A stretch of 39,795 nt of DNA from Chloroflexota bacterium (GTDB lineage Bacteria; Chloroflexota; Limnocylindria; Limnocylindrales; CSP1-4), in NCBI GenBank assembly GCA_021788175.1, contig JAJYKX010000002.1:1-39795 (forward strand), read 5' to 3'. How positions within the stretch are numbered: position 1 is the first letter of the stretch; each line of letters begins with the position of its first letter. The notes beneath the pieces were generated by a model, which was not told the DNA's origin, did not search any database, and was given only the letters and a program-made list of their open reading frames with translations. Made by a program: the position numbers and the translations under genes. This document shows positions 1 through 7,033 of the stretch, one piece after another.

Positions 1-2193
1 TTCGCGCTCCTGGAGCACGAGGTGTACGGCGTGCTGGAGGCGGCCGGGTGCCGCGTCCCGCGCGCCGTGCTGGTGCCGGCGGGCGAGTCCCCCGACCGGG
101 CCTCGCGCGAGATCGGCGGCGCGCGGGTGATGCTCAAGATCGCGGCGCCCGGGATCGCCCACAAGACGGAGGTCGGCGGGGTCGCCGAGTCGGCCAACGA
201 TCCTGCCGCGATCCGCGCGGGGATCGACGCCATGCTGGCCGCGGTGCCTCGCCCGCCGTCCGGCGACCTGCGGGGCGTGCTCGTGGTGGAGCGGGTCGCG
301 GTGGACGGCGCCGGGCCCGGTGCCGAGGCGCTCGTCGCCCTGCGGCAGACGCGCGAGTTCGGGCCGGTCCTCACCATGGGCGTGGGCGGTGTCGACACGG
401 AGCTGCTGGCGGCCGTCTCGCGGCCGGGCCAGGCCGTCGTGAGCGCCAGCGCGGCGCTGCAGGACGCGCCCGCCCTGCTCGGGGCCTTCCGCTCGACGCT
501 CGCCTGGCGGCGCCTGTCCGGCGCGACCCGCGCCGGCAGGAGGCTCGTCGACGATGCCGAGATCCTCCGGGTCGTGGAGGCGTTCCGGGCGCTCGGCGAG
601 CGCTATGCCGATGACGGTCCGGGCGCCTGGACCATCGCCGAGCTGGAGGTGAACCCGTTCGCGGCGAGCGGCGGCCGGCTCGTGGCGCTCGACGGGCTGC
701 TCGCCTTCCGTCCGAAGGCCGGGCCGACGACGCCCCGCCCGCTCGAGTCGCTCGGGGCCGTGCTGCGACCGCGGAGCATCGGCATCGTGGGCGTCTCCGC
801 GCACGGCCGGAACGTCGGCCGGATCATCCTGGACAACATCCGCGGCGCGGGCTTCGACCCCGCCCGCATCGTCGTCGTCCGGCCCGACTGCACCGGGATC
901 GACGGCGTGGCATGCGTGTCGAGCATCCGCGAGCTCCCCGAGCGCGTCGACCTCTTCGTCGTCGCCCTGTCGGCCGAACAGGTCCCCGGCATCGTGGAGG
1001 AACTGGTCGAGCACGACCGCGCGGTGGGGGTCATCGTGATCCCGGGCGGGATGGCCGAGAAGGAGGGCGGGGAGGTCCTGGAGGGGCGGCTCGCGGACGC
1101 GATCCGGGTGGCCCGCTCCCGGCGGCTGCCGCTGGTGGTGAACGGGGGCAACTGCCTGGGCATCGTCTCGCGCCCCGGCCGCTACGACACGCTCTTCATC
1201 CCTCGGTCCAAGCTGCCGGTGCCGGAGTACCGCGGAGGCGGCGTGGCGATCGTGAGCCAGTCCGGTGCCTTCATGATCACCCGCCTGAGCCACCTGCCCT
1301 GGCTGAGCCCTCGCTACGCCATCTCCACCGGCAACCAGGTGGACCTCACCATCGGGGACTTCGTGGCGCACCTGGCTGGTGACCCGGAGGTCACCACGAT
1401 CGCGGTCTACGTCGAGGGCTTCCGGGACGGCGACGGCCTGCGGTTCGCCCGCGCGGTGCGCGACGCCGTGCAGGGCGGGCGCGACGTGCTCTTCTACAAG
1501 GCCGGCCGCACCGCGGAGGGGAGGCGCGCGACGGCCGGCCACACCGCCTCGATCGCGGGGGACTACGACGTCTGTGAGGCGATCGTGCAGGAGGCGGGCG
1601 CGGTCGTGGCGCGAAGCTTCGACGAGTTCCAGGGGCTGCTGAAGATCAGCGCGCTGCTCGGGCGTCGCCGGTGGCGGGGCAGGCGGCTCGCCGCGATGTC
1701 CAACGCGGGCTACGAGGCGGTCGGGATCGCCGATTCGCTGCGTGGCGACGGCTGGAGCCTGGAGCTCGCGGCACTGGCGCCCGCCACGCGGGCGGCGCTC
1801 GGCGAGGCGCTGGCCAGGGGGCATGCCGGCTCGCTGGTGGACGTCCGCAACCCGATCGACCTCACGCCGATGGCCGACGACGAGGTGCACGAGGACGTGC
1901 TGCGTGCGTTCCTGGAGGACCCGGGAGTGGATCTCGTGGTCTGTTCCACGATCCCGCTGACCGCCGCCACGGCCACCCTGCCGGAGGAGGTCGGGGCCGA
2001 GGGAAGCCTCCCGGCACGGCTGGCGCGGCTGCTCTCGACCACCGACAAGCCGATCGTGGCCTCCATCGACAGTGGCCCGCTCTTCGACCCGCTCGCCCGG
2101 GCGATCGAGGCGCAGGGCGTGCCGGTCTTCCGGGCCGCGGACGCGGCGCTGCGGGCCGCGGGGCGCTACCTTGAGGCCCGGCTCCGGCGCTGA
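1..2193 (+). CDS. ADP-forming acyl-/acetyl-CoA synthetase family protein (ATP-grasp part followed by CoA-binding and CoA-ligase parts); 5' end lies outside the window
   Basis: The frame is open from base 1: FALLEHEV precedes the tracked GTG at 22. The N-part is ATP-grasp-like (VMLKIAAPGIAHKTEVGGV). A Rossmann CoA-binding block follows (SIGIVGVSAHGRNVGRIILDNI). There is a phosphohistidine-type loop (RRATAGHTASIAGDYD). Third codon positions are strongly G/C. Confidence 0.8.
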   Translation, partial: FALLEHEVYGVLEAAGCRVPRAVLVPAGESPDRASREIGGARVMLKIAAPGIAHKTEVGGVAESANDPAAIRAGIDAMLAAVPRPPSGDLRGVLVVERVAVDGAGPGAEALVALRQTREFGPVLTMGVGGVDTELLAAVSRPGQAVVSASAALQDAPALLGAFRSTLAWRRLSGATRAGRRLVDDAEILRVVEAFRALGERYADDGPGAWTIAELEVNPFAASGGRLVALDGLLAFRPKAGPTTPRPLESLGAVLRPRSIGIVGVSAHGRNVGRIILDNIRGAGFDPARIVVVRPDCTGIDGVACVSSIRELPERVDLFVVALSAEQVPGIVEELVEHDRAVGVIVIPGGMAEKEGGEVLEGRLADAIRVARSRRLPLVVNGGNCLGIVSRPGRYDTLFIPRSKLPVPEYRGGGVAIVSQSGAFMITRLSHLPWLSPRYAISTGNQVDLTIGDFVAHLAGDPEVTTIAVYVEGFRDGDGLRFARAVRDAVQGGRDVLFYKAGRTAEGRRATAGHTASIAGDYDVCEAIVQEAGAVVARSFDEFQGLLKISALLGRRRWRGRRLAAMSNAGYEAVGIADSLRGDGWSLELAALAPATRAALGEALARGHAGSLVDVRNPIDLTPMADDEVHEDVLRAFLEDPGVDLVVCSTIPLTAATATLPEEVGAEGSLPARLARLLSTTDKPIVASIDSGPLFDPLARAIEAQGVPVFRAADAALRAAGRYLEARLRR

Positions 2194-2733
2194 TCAGGCC
2201 CGGGTCGCCCGGTGATACCGCTCCATCACCTCGGCCAGCGCGGCGCGCGCCTCGGCGAGCTCCGGCTGGTCGCCGACGACCGCGGCGTCCGGCCCCCATC
2301 GCTGCACCTGCGACATCGCCGTCAGCAGCGCGTTGTGCATCACCCGCCGCGACCGTCCTCCGTCGATCACGCCGAGGACGAGGTAGCGACGCAGCACGTC
2401 GAACGGGACCCTCCAGCGGCCGACCCGCGCGAGGTCGCCCTCCCGCAGCCCCTCCAGGTACTCCTCGTCGCCGACGGGGCGCCGCTCGTGCTCGGCCAGG
2501 TGGCGGACCAGGTCGACGCGCGGGCCGCCGTTCAGCGACGCGAAGAGCCCGTCGTCCGCCGCCGTCCGGTAGCAGACGGGGCACGCCGGCGAGCGGTACG
2601 GCCGCGGGGGCGCGCCGTAGGGGAGGCCGCACCGCCGGCAGAAGGACCCGCCCGTGGGCGGGGCGGGCACGCCGCACTCCAGGCAGACGACCGGGCCGCG
2701 CGCCGGCTCGGGCGCGCCTCGGAACAGCCTCAT
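2194..2733 (-). CDS. Hypothetical zinc-ribbon protein
   Basis: This is the 3' 180 codons of tracked ORF 2194..4170. ATG at 2733 gives MRLFRGAPEP. Three CxxC pairs (CLEC, CRRC, CPVC) are followed by a helical domain of ordinary composition. The rest of the 658-aa ORF is Arg/Pro-rich and antisense to better genes. There is no clear SD, so the start is uncertain. Confidence 0.55.
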   Translation of the reverse strand: MRLFRGAPEPARGPVVCLECGVPAPPTGGSFCRRCGLPYGAPPRPYRSPACPVCYRTAADDGLFASLNGGPRVDLVRHLAEHERRPVGDEEYLEGLREGDLARVGRWRVPFDVLRRYLVLGVIDGGRSRRVMHNALLTAMSQVQRWGPDAAVVGDQPELAEARAALAEVMERYHRATRA

Positions 2734-3054
2734 GTGCCGGCGCGGACAGGGTGCGGTGGCCGGATCTGCAACCTGCGGTCTCCTCGATGCGGCATGGCCG
2801 GCGCGGTCCGGCGGCCCGTGCTCCGCGTGCCGGCGCCGTCCTCGGCCACGCATACCGTCCCGCTCCCGCGCCCCGGCGACCACGATCCGATCGTCAGGGC
2901 TCCGGCGGACGATCGTCCGGTGCGGCGGGTTCGTGCGCGCCGTCGCGTGCGCGCGGTCCCGGGCGGACGCGTGACGGAAGCCTCTGGCCATCCGGCGCCG
3001 GATGGTCCAGTATTCGGCAAGGCAGTCGCGCACATCGTGGGGAGGGCAGGTGCC

Positions 3055-3513
3055 GTGTCGCTGGTCCACGGTCGGGCCGTCGGTGCCGTCCAGCGCACCT
3101 GGCGCCAGGAGCGTCGGGAGATCGGCCAGGTCGCATCCCGGATCCTGCGCGTGGCCGACGGTGCCGGCGACGTCCTGGTGGCACTCGGGGGAGGGCGGGC
3201 CCGGGGGCTGCTCGATGCGCTGGACCAGCACGTGGTGCCCTACCTCGACTGGGAGGAAGCCATCGCCCACCCCGTGATCGACCGGCTCACCGGCACGTCG
3301 CGGGGAAGCCACCTCCTTGGCGCGCAGCTCGAGCAGGTGCGCGGCCTGATCGGTCGGATCGAGGCCGACTGGCTCGACGTCCACCCCCATCCCACGCGCG
3401 GGCAGGTCGCCGCCCTGCGGACCAGCCTGCGCGAGCTGGGCCTCATCCTGCGCTCGCATCTCGAGCAGGAGGAGCAGGTCCTGGTGCCGGTCCTCGCCCG
3501 CTCGGGCGCCTGA
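3055..3513 (+). CDS. Hemerythrin HHE-type cation-binding domain protein
   Basis: Only the 3' third of tracked ORF 2212..3513 looks coding; G/C at third positions rises after about 3040. GGAGGG (3041-3046) lies 8 nt before GTG 3055, with an alternative GTG at 3037. Two HHE-like motifs are present: HVVPYLDWEEAIAHPVI and HLEQEEQVLVPVL. Confidence 0.5.
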   Translation: MSLVHGRAVGAVQRTWRQERREIGQVASRILRVADGAGDVLVALGGGRARGLLDALDQHVVPYLDWEEAIAHPVIDRLTGTSRGSHLLGAQLEQVRGLIGRIEADWLDVHPHPTRGQVAALRTSLRELGLILRSHLEQEEQVLVPVLARSGA

Positions 3514-3543
3514 CCCGGAGATCGCGCCGCGTCCGCGCCGGGC

Positions 3544-3592
3544 GCGCACCGGCGCTCGGCAGCGCACCGGCGCCCTGCGGGGCACGTATAGT
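3544..3592 (+). promoter_or_regulatory. Candidate promoter/operator upstream of the GlpP-like genes
   Basis: Two perfect 12-bp direct repeats GCGCACCGGCGC (3544-3555, 3562-3573) sit where a -35 element would be. A TATAGT -10-like hexamer follows at 3587-3592, about 80 nt upstream of ATG 3674. Confidence 0.3.
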
Positions 3593-3673
3593 GCGGGCAG
3601 CCCGCCACCCTGGTGCCGCGCAGGCGTGCGTCCGGTCCAGGCTGCCCGCGGGCGGCACCCGCTGCGAGGATGC

Positions 3674-4264
3674 ATGCCGGCCACCGACGCCAACGTGCGC
3701 GCCTTCACCGCCCGTCTCGCGGAGCGGCCCTGCTGCGCGGCGCTGGTCGCCCACGAACGGCTCGACGCCGCCCTCTCGAGCCCGGTCGGCGTCATCTTCG
3801 TCTTGCGTGCCGACGGTCTCGCGCTGCGCCCGCTGGTCGCACGGATCCATGCCGCCGGGAAGCTCGTCGCCGTCCACCTGGACCTCATCGACGGCATCCG
3901 CGCGGACCGGGCGGGCGTGCGCTGGCTCTCACGTGCCGGCGCCGACGCGGTGATCAGCTCGCACGGGCAGCTGATGCCCGCGATCCGCCGGGAGGGGATG
4001 GTCGCGATCCACCGCCTCCTGCTGGTCCGCCGCGGACTGCTGGACGCCGCGCTCGCGGCCACGGCGAAGTCCGGCGCCGACATCGTGGAGGTGCTCCCGG
4101 GTGTCATCCTTCCCGACGTGCGGGCCCTCATGCCGTCGCTGCGCGTGCCGTTGCTGGCCGGCGGGTTCATCCGGACCGAGGAGCAGGCGCGCGCCGTCCT
4201 GGCGTCCGGTGCGATCGGCGTGACGACCAGCGCCGAGAACCTCTGGAGCGCCGATCTCCGATGA
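3674..4264 (+). CDS. GlpP-family (glycerol-3-phosphate-responsive antiterminator-like) protein
   Basis: ATG 3674 is preceded by GAGGA (3666-3670); the tracked ORF starts at GTG 3626. The protein is collinear with the GlpP family as I recall it: VIFVLRAD, VAVHLDLIDGI, ADAVISS, IVEVLPGVILP, and the C-terminal signature LLAGGFIRTEEQARAVLASGAIGVTTSAENLW. Confidence 0.8.
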   Translation: MPATDANVRAFTARLAERPCCAALVAHERLDAALSSPVGVIFVLRADGLALRPLVARIHAAGKLVAVHLDLIDGIRADRAGVRWLSRAGADAVISSHGQLMPAIRREGMVAIHRLLLVRRGLLDAALAATAKSGADIVEVLPGVILPDVRALMPSLRVPLLAGGFIRTEEQARAVLASGAIGVTTSAENLWSADLR

Positions 4265-4271
4265 GGACGCC

Positions 4272-4853
4272 GTGCGATCCCTGATGTCCGTCTTCGTTGC
4301 GAGCGACGGCCGTGACCCGGTGGCGCCCCCGCGCGGCCTCGAGGCCGGGATCCTGCTGCGTGACCTGGACCTCATCACGCTGATGGCGAGCGCCGGCAGC
4401 ATCCAGGCGCCCCTCGCGCTCGACCTCGACAGCGTCGAGGGGCTCAATCCGGATGCCACCGCGGCGCGGTTCGTGATCGAGGAGCTCGGCGTGGACCTGG
4501 TCGTCACGCGGCGGCCGACGGTGGCGCTGCAGGCTGTCGAGCTCGGCAGGAGCGCGCTGCTCCACGTGCTGGCGTTCGACTCCACGGGCCTCGCCCGCTC
4601 ACTCGAGGGCCACCCGCGGACCCCGGGGATCGGCACGATCCTCTCGCCGGGTCCCGTGCTCGACCACCTGCTGCCGCCGGACCTGCAGCGGCTGCCCCGG
4701 CCGCTGGTCGCCTACGGCTTCATCGATACACCCGGGCGGGCCGTGGGGCTCCTGCGGCACGCGGACGCGGTGGTGGTGCCGCCGGCGTGCGCGCTCGAGA
4801 TGGCGCGCCGGGCATCGCTCGATGGCCTCGACGCGGTTGCCGGGCGAGGCTGA
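4272..4853 (+). CDS. Divergent GlpP-family paralogue
   Basis: GTG 4272 has GAGGA (4263-4267) upstream and lies 7 nt after the preceding stop. It is similar in length to the upstream gene and shares collinear blocks with it (ALDLDSVEGL, VDLVVTRR, LLHVLAFDS, ILSPGPVL, LVAYGFIDT). The C-terminal GlpP signature is degenerate. Confidence 0.65.
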   Translation: MRSLMSVFVASDGRDPVAPPRGLEAGILLRDLDLITLMASAGSIQAPLALDLDSVEGLNPDATAARFVIEELGVDLVVTRRPTVALQAVELGRSALLHVLAFDSTGLARSLEGHPRTPGIGTILSPGPVLDHLLPPDLQRLPRPLVAYGFIDTPGRAVGLLRHADAVVVPPACALEMARRASLDGLDAVAGRG

Positions 4854-4867
4854 GCGACAGGAAGCCC

Positions 4868-4896
4868 TTGACAATCGTCCGTCGGAGAGGCTGAAT
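4868..4896 (+). promoter_or_regulatory. Candidate sigma-70-type promoter (TTGACA - 17 nt - CTGAAT)
   Basis: A perfect TTGACA sits at 4868-4873. After a 17-nt spacer there is a weak -10-like CTGAAT at 4891-4896. It lies in a locally AT-richer stretch just after the stop at 4853. Confidence 0.3.
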
Positions 4897-4913
4897 ACCT
4901 GCAGCCCACGCTC

Positions 4914-4939
4914 CGGGACCATGACTTGGACAGGTCCCG
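4914..4939 (+). promoter_or_regulatory. Hairpin competing with the terminator (candidate antiterminator)
   Basis: CGGGACC (4914-4920) pairs perfectly with GGTCCCG (4933-4939) across a 12-nt loop. Its 3' arm shares bases 4936-4939 with the 5' arm of the terminator stem, so the two structures cannot form together. Confidence 0.35.
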
Positions 4940-4971
4940 CCCCGGCTCTCTTCCGGGGCGGGTTTTGTTTT
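4936..4971 (+). terminator. Rho-independent terminator
   Basis: A perfect 10-bp GC stem forms between CCCGCCCCGG (4936-4945) and CCGGGGCGGG (4953-4962) with a 7-nt loop. It is followed directly by TTTTGTTTT (4963-4971). Confidence 0.8.
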
Positions 4972-5011
4972 CCGCCGAGTCAGGGTCGCCCAACCGGAGG
5001 AGCCTCGCACG

Positions 5012-5884
5012 ATGGTCCTGCGGATCTCCACGTCGGACGCAGCGATGCCCTCGCCCGCCGAGCGGGACGCATCGCTCGAGGCCGGACCGGTGCTCGAGGT
5101 CACGGATGCGAGCACGGAGCCCGTCGAGCAGGCGGCCGACGTGCCCGCGAACGAGTCCGTGCCCGGCGCGTCCAGGACGCTCCGCTCGATCCTCGTGGCG
5201 GCCGCCGCACACGAGCTGCGCTCCACGCTGTCGCTGGTGAGCGGCTACAGCCAGAGCCTGCAGTACCTGGGGCTCGACGCGGCCACCCGGCGGCAGTACC
5301 TGGAGCGGATCATCTCCGCCGCCACGACGCTCACCGAATGCGCCGACGAGCTCGTGGAGCTCGCGGACGACGAGCGCCCGCCGCTGCAGCGGGAGCCCAT
5401 GGCCGTCGCGTGGCTCGTCGAACGCGCCAACCGCGAACTGGCGGGCGACGGGCCGGGGGTGCTCGAGTGCTCGGTCGATCCGGGCCTGCCGCTGGTGGAG
5501 GTGGATCCGACGTGGGTCCTCCATGTCATGCGGAACCTGATCGCCAATGCCCGACGCCACGGGGCTGCGGGCACGGTGCGGATCCGCGCGCGCGGAGCCG
5601 GGGACGCCGTCGTGGTCAGCGTGGTCGACGGCGGGCCGGGGATCGATCCGGCGGACCGCCCCCACGTGTTCGAGCCCTTCTACCGCGGCGCGCAGGCCCG
5701 GACCTCCGGGACGCCCGGTTCCGGGATCGGGCTCTACGTGTGCCGGCGCCTGGTCGAGGCCCAGGGGGGCGAGATCTGGCTGGACGAGACGGGGACGGGG
5801 ACGTCGATCTCGTTCAGCCTGCCGCTCTGGCGCGCATCGGCGGCGCGGGCATCCGCGCTGCACGCATCTCCCGCCGGGACGTAG
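5012..5884 (+). CDS. Sensor histidine kinase, cytoplasmic, with no recognisable input domain
   Basis: GGAGGAG (4996-5002) lies 9 nt before ATG 5012. Kinase motifs present: H-box AAAAHELRSTLSLVSGY, N-box HVMRNLIANARRHG, G1 VVDGGPGID, F VFEPFYRG, G2 GSGIGLYVCRRLV. There are no TM segments, and about 60 low-complexity residues precede the DHp region. Confidence 0.85.
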   Translation: MVLRISTSDAAMPSPAERDASLEAGPVLEVTDASTEPVEQAADVPANESVPGASRTLRSILVAAAAHELRSTLSLVSGYSQSLQYLGLDAATRRQYLERIISAATTLTECADELVELADDERPPLQREPMAVAWLVERANRELAGDGPGVLECSVDPGLPLVEVDPTWVLHVMRNLIANARRHGAAGTVRIRARGAGDAVVVSVVDGGPGIDPADRPHVFEPFYRGAQARTSGTPGSGIGLYVCRRLVEAQGGEIWLDETGTGTSISFSLPLWRASAARASALHASPAGT

Positions 5885-5901
5885 GCATCCGGTTTCGCCC
5901 G

Positions 5902-6114
5902 TCAGGTCCGCGGGCGCGTGGTGAGGACCAGGCTCGTGGCGCCGACCGCCACGACGGCCGCGAAGAGGAACGCCCCCACCACGCCGGCTGGAAGCCGCGC
6001 CGTCGCGAGCAGCCAGGCGAGCGCCAGCGCGACGACCGGCCCGAGGAAGAGCTCCGGCCGGTCGCCGACCAGGAAGTCGTACCAGAACGCACCGAACGAC
6101 CGCAGGTAGCGCAC
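5902..6114 (-). CDS. Small two-TM membrane protein
   Basis: GTG 6114 is preceded by GAAGGAG 6 nt upstream, inside the end of the preceding gene. Two hydrophobic helices are present (PVVALALAWLLA, VVGAFLFAAVVAVGATSLVL). It lies 3 nt downstream of the stop of 6118..6882. Confidence 0.6.
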   Translation of the reverse strand: MRYLRSFGAFWYDFLVGDRPELFLGPVVALALAWLLATARLPAGVVGAFLFAAVVAVGATSLVLTTRPRT

Positions 6115-6117
6115 GTC

Positions 6118-6882
6118 CTACTCCTTCGCTGCGGCCGCGGCCGGGATGCGGGCGGGGACGAGCTGCGAGCGCACCGCCCAGGTGCCCGCCAGGCTCACCA
6201 CCAGGTAGGCGGCCAGGAGCACCAGGAGGACCGCGTCGCTGCCGGGCCACGCGATGCCCACCCCCTCGCCGGCCCAGAACGTGCCGAACGTGACGAGCAT
6301 CAGCCCGACCGCGAACTTGAGCCCGTTCTCCGGCACGCGCGCCAGCGGCTGGTGCAGGACGGCCCCCACGGCCAGCACGATGACGCCGGCCACCGCCGCG
6401 CCCAGCACGGCCGGACCGAGCTGGCCGGCCGAGGCGCCGAAGGTCACGACGATGAAGGCGACCTCGAGCCCCTCGAGGAGCACGCCCTTGAACGCGACCG
6501 TGAAGCTGATCCAGTCCATGCCGGACGCCGGCACGGGGGCCTCGGACCGCAGCCGGGCGACCTGCCGATCGAAGATCGCGGCCTCGTCGTGCTTGGCCCT
6601 GGCGCCCGCCGCGCGCAGGATCGCCTTGGACAGCCACTGCAGGCCGAAGATCAGGAGGAACCCACCCACCACCACGCGCAGGACCGCGATGGGGACGAGC
6701 ACGACGATCGCGGTGCCGAAGACGCCGACGATGACGGCGAGCGCGACCGCCGCCGTGGCCACCCCCACCAGGGTGGACCGCCACTGACGGGTCACGCCCA
6801 CGGCGAGGACGATCGTGAGCGCCTCCACGAACTCCACCAGCGATGCGACGAACGCCGGTGCCGCCGCCACCACGATCTGCAT
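6118..6882 (-). CDS. Polytopic membrane protein with two E-x-x-E-containing repeats (COG4280-like by memory)
   Basis: ATG 6882 has GGAGAA upstream. There are at least 6 TM helices. The N half begins VEFVEALTIVLAVG and the C half LEGLEVAFIVVTFG, which suggests an internal duplication. Confidence 0.75.
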   Translation of the reverse strand: MQIVVAAAPAFVASLVEFVEALTIVLAVGVTRQWRSTLVGVATAAVALAVIVGVFGTAIVVLVPIAVLRVVVGGFLLIFGLQWLSKAILRAAGARAKHDEAAIFDRQVARLRSEAPVPASGMDWISFTVAFKGVLLEGLEVAFIVVTFGASAGQLGPAVLGAAVAGVIVLAVGAVLHQPLARVPENGLKFAVGLMLVTFGTFWAGEGVGIAWPGSDAVLLVLLAAYLVVSLAGTWAVRSQLVPARIPAAAAAKE

Positions 6883-6891
6883 CCATTCTCC

Positions 6892-6976
6892 ATGTAATAG
6901 TTGCTACATCGTACGAGGGTGATCGTATGACCTCGGCGACAGGAGGTCAACCGCGCGCTCCGCGGGCGCCGTATGA
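6892..6976. promoter_or_regulatory. Divergent promoter/operator region with repeated CGTAYGA motif
   Basis: This is a locally AT-rich patch. An inverted ATGTA/TACAT pair lies at 6892-6896 and 6905-6909. Direct repeats ATCGTACGA (6908-6916) and ATCGTATGA (6922-6930) are present, and a third CGTATGA lies at 6970-6976. TCGTACGA is itself a palindrome. Confidence 0.3.
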
Positions 6977-7033
6977 TCGGCTCGCAGGCGCGCGCGGGTC
7001 GGCCCGCTCCTGGCAAGGCTGGAGGCGCAGCGG

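Noticed and set aside
2191-2196. The convergent stop codons of the synthetase and zinc-ribbon genes abut as the palindrome TGATCA, with zero intergenic bases
   Set aside because: It is real in the sequence but probably incidental. It only means there is no room for a terminator, and I could not attach a functional hypothesis beyond that.
2734-4170. Upstream two-thirds of the 658-aa minus-strand ORF 2194..4170
   Set aside because: It runs antisense through the hemerythrin-like gene and the first GlpP-like gene, and it has shadow-frame composition. Only the 3' 540 nt, with the CxxC zinc-ribbon motifs, looks like a real gene.
4921-4973. ATG at 4921 as a leader peptide inside the attenuator-like region
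   Set aside because: There is no SD. The frame simply continues into the 691-aa shadow ORF rather than ending near the terminator, and there is no run of regulatory codons.
4712-6886. 724-aa minus-strand ORF, its 691-aa plus-strand counterpart 4822..6897, and similar long ORFs (6947..8803 -, 9825..11852 -, 11904..13784 -, 15543..18137 +, 22936..24909 +, 24853..26463 -)
   Set aside because: All are Arg/Gly/Pro-rich and lack domains. Each overlaps genes with strong motif support on the other strand or in another frame.
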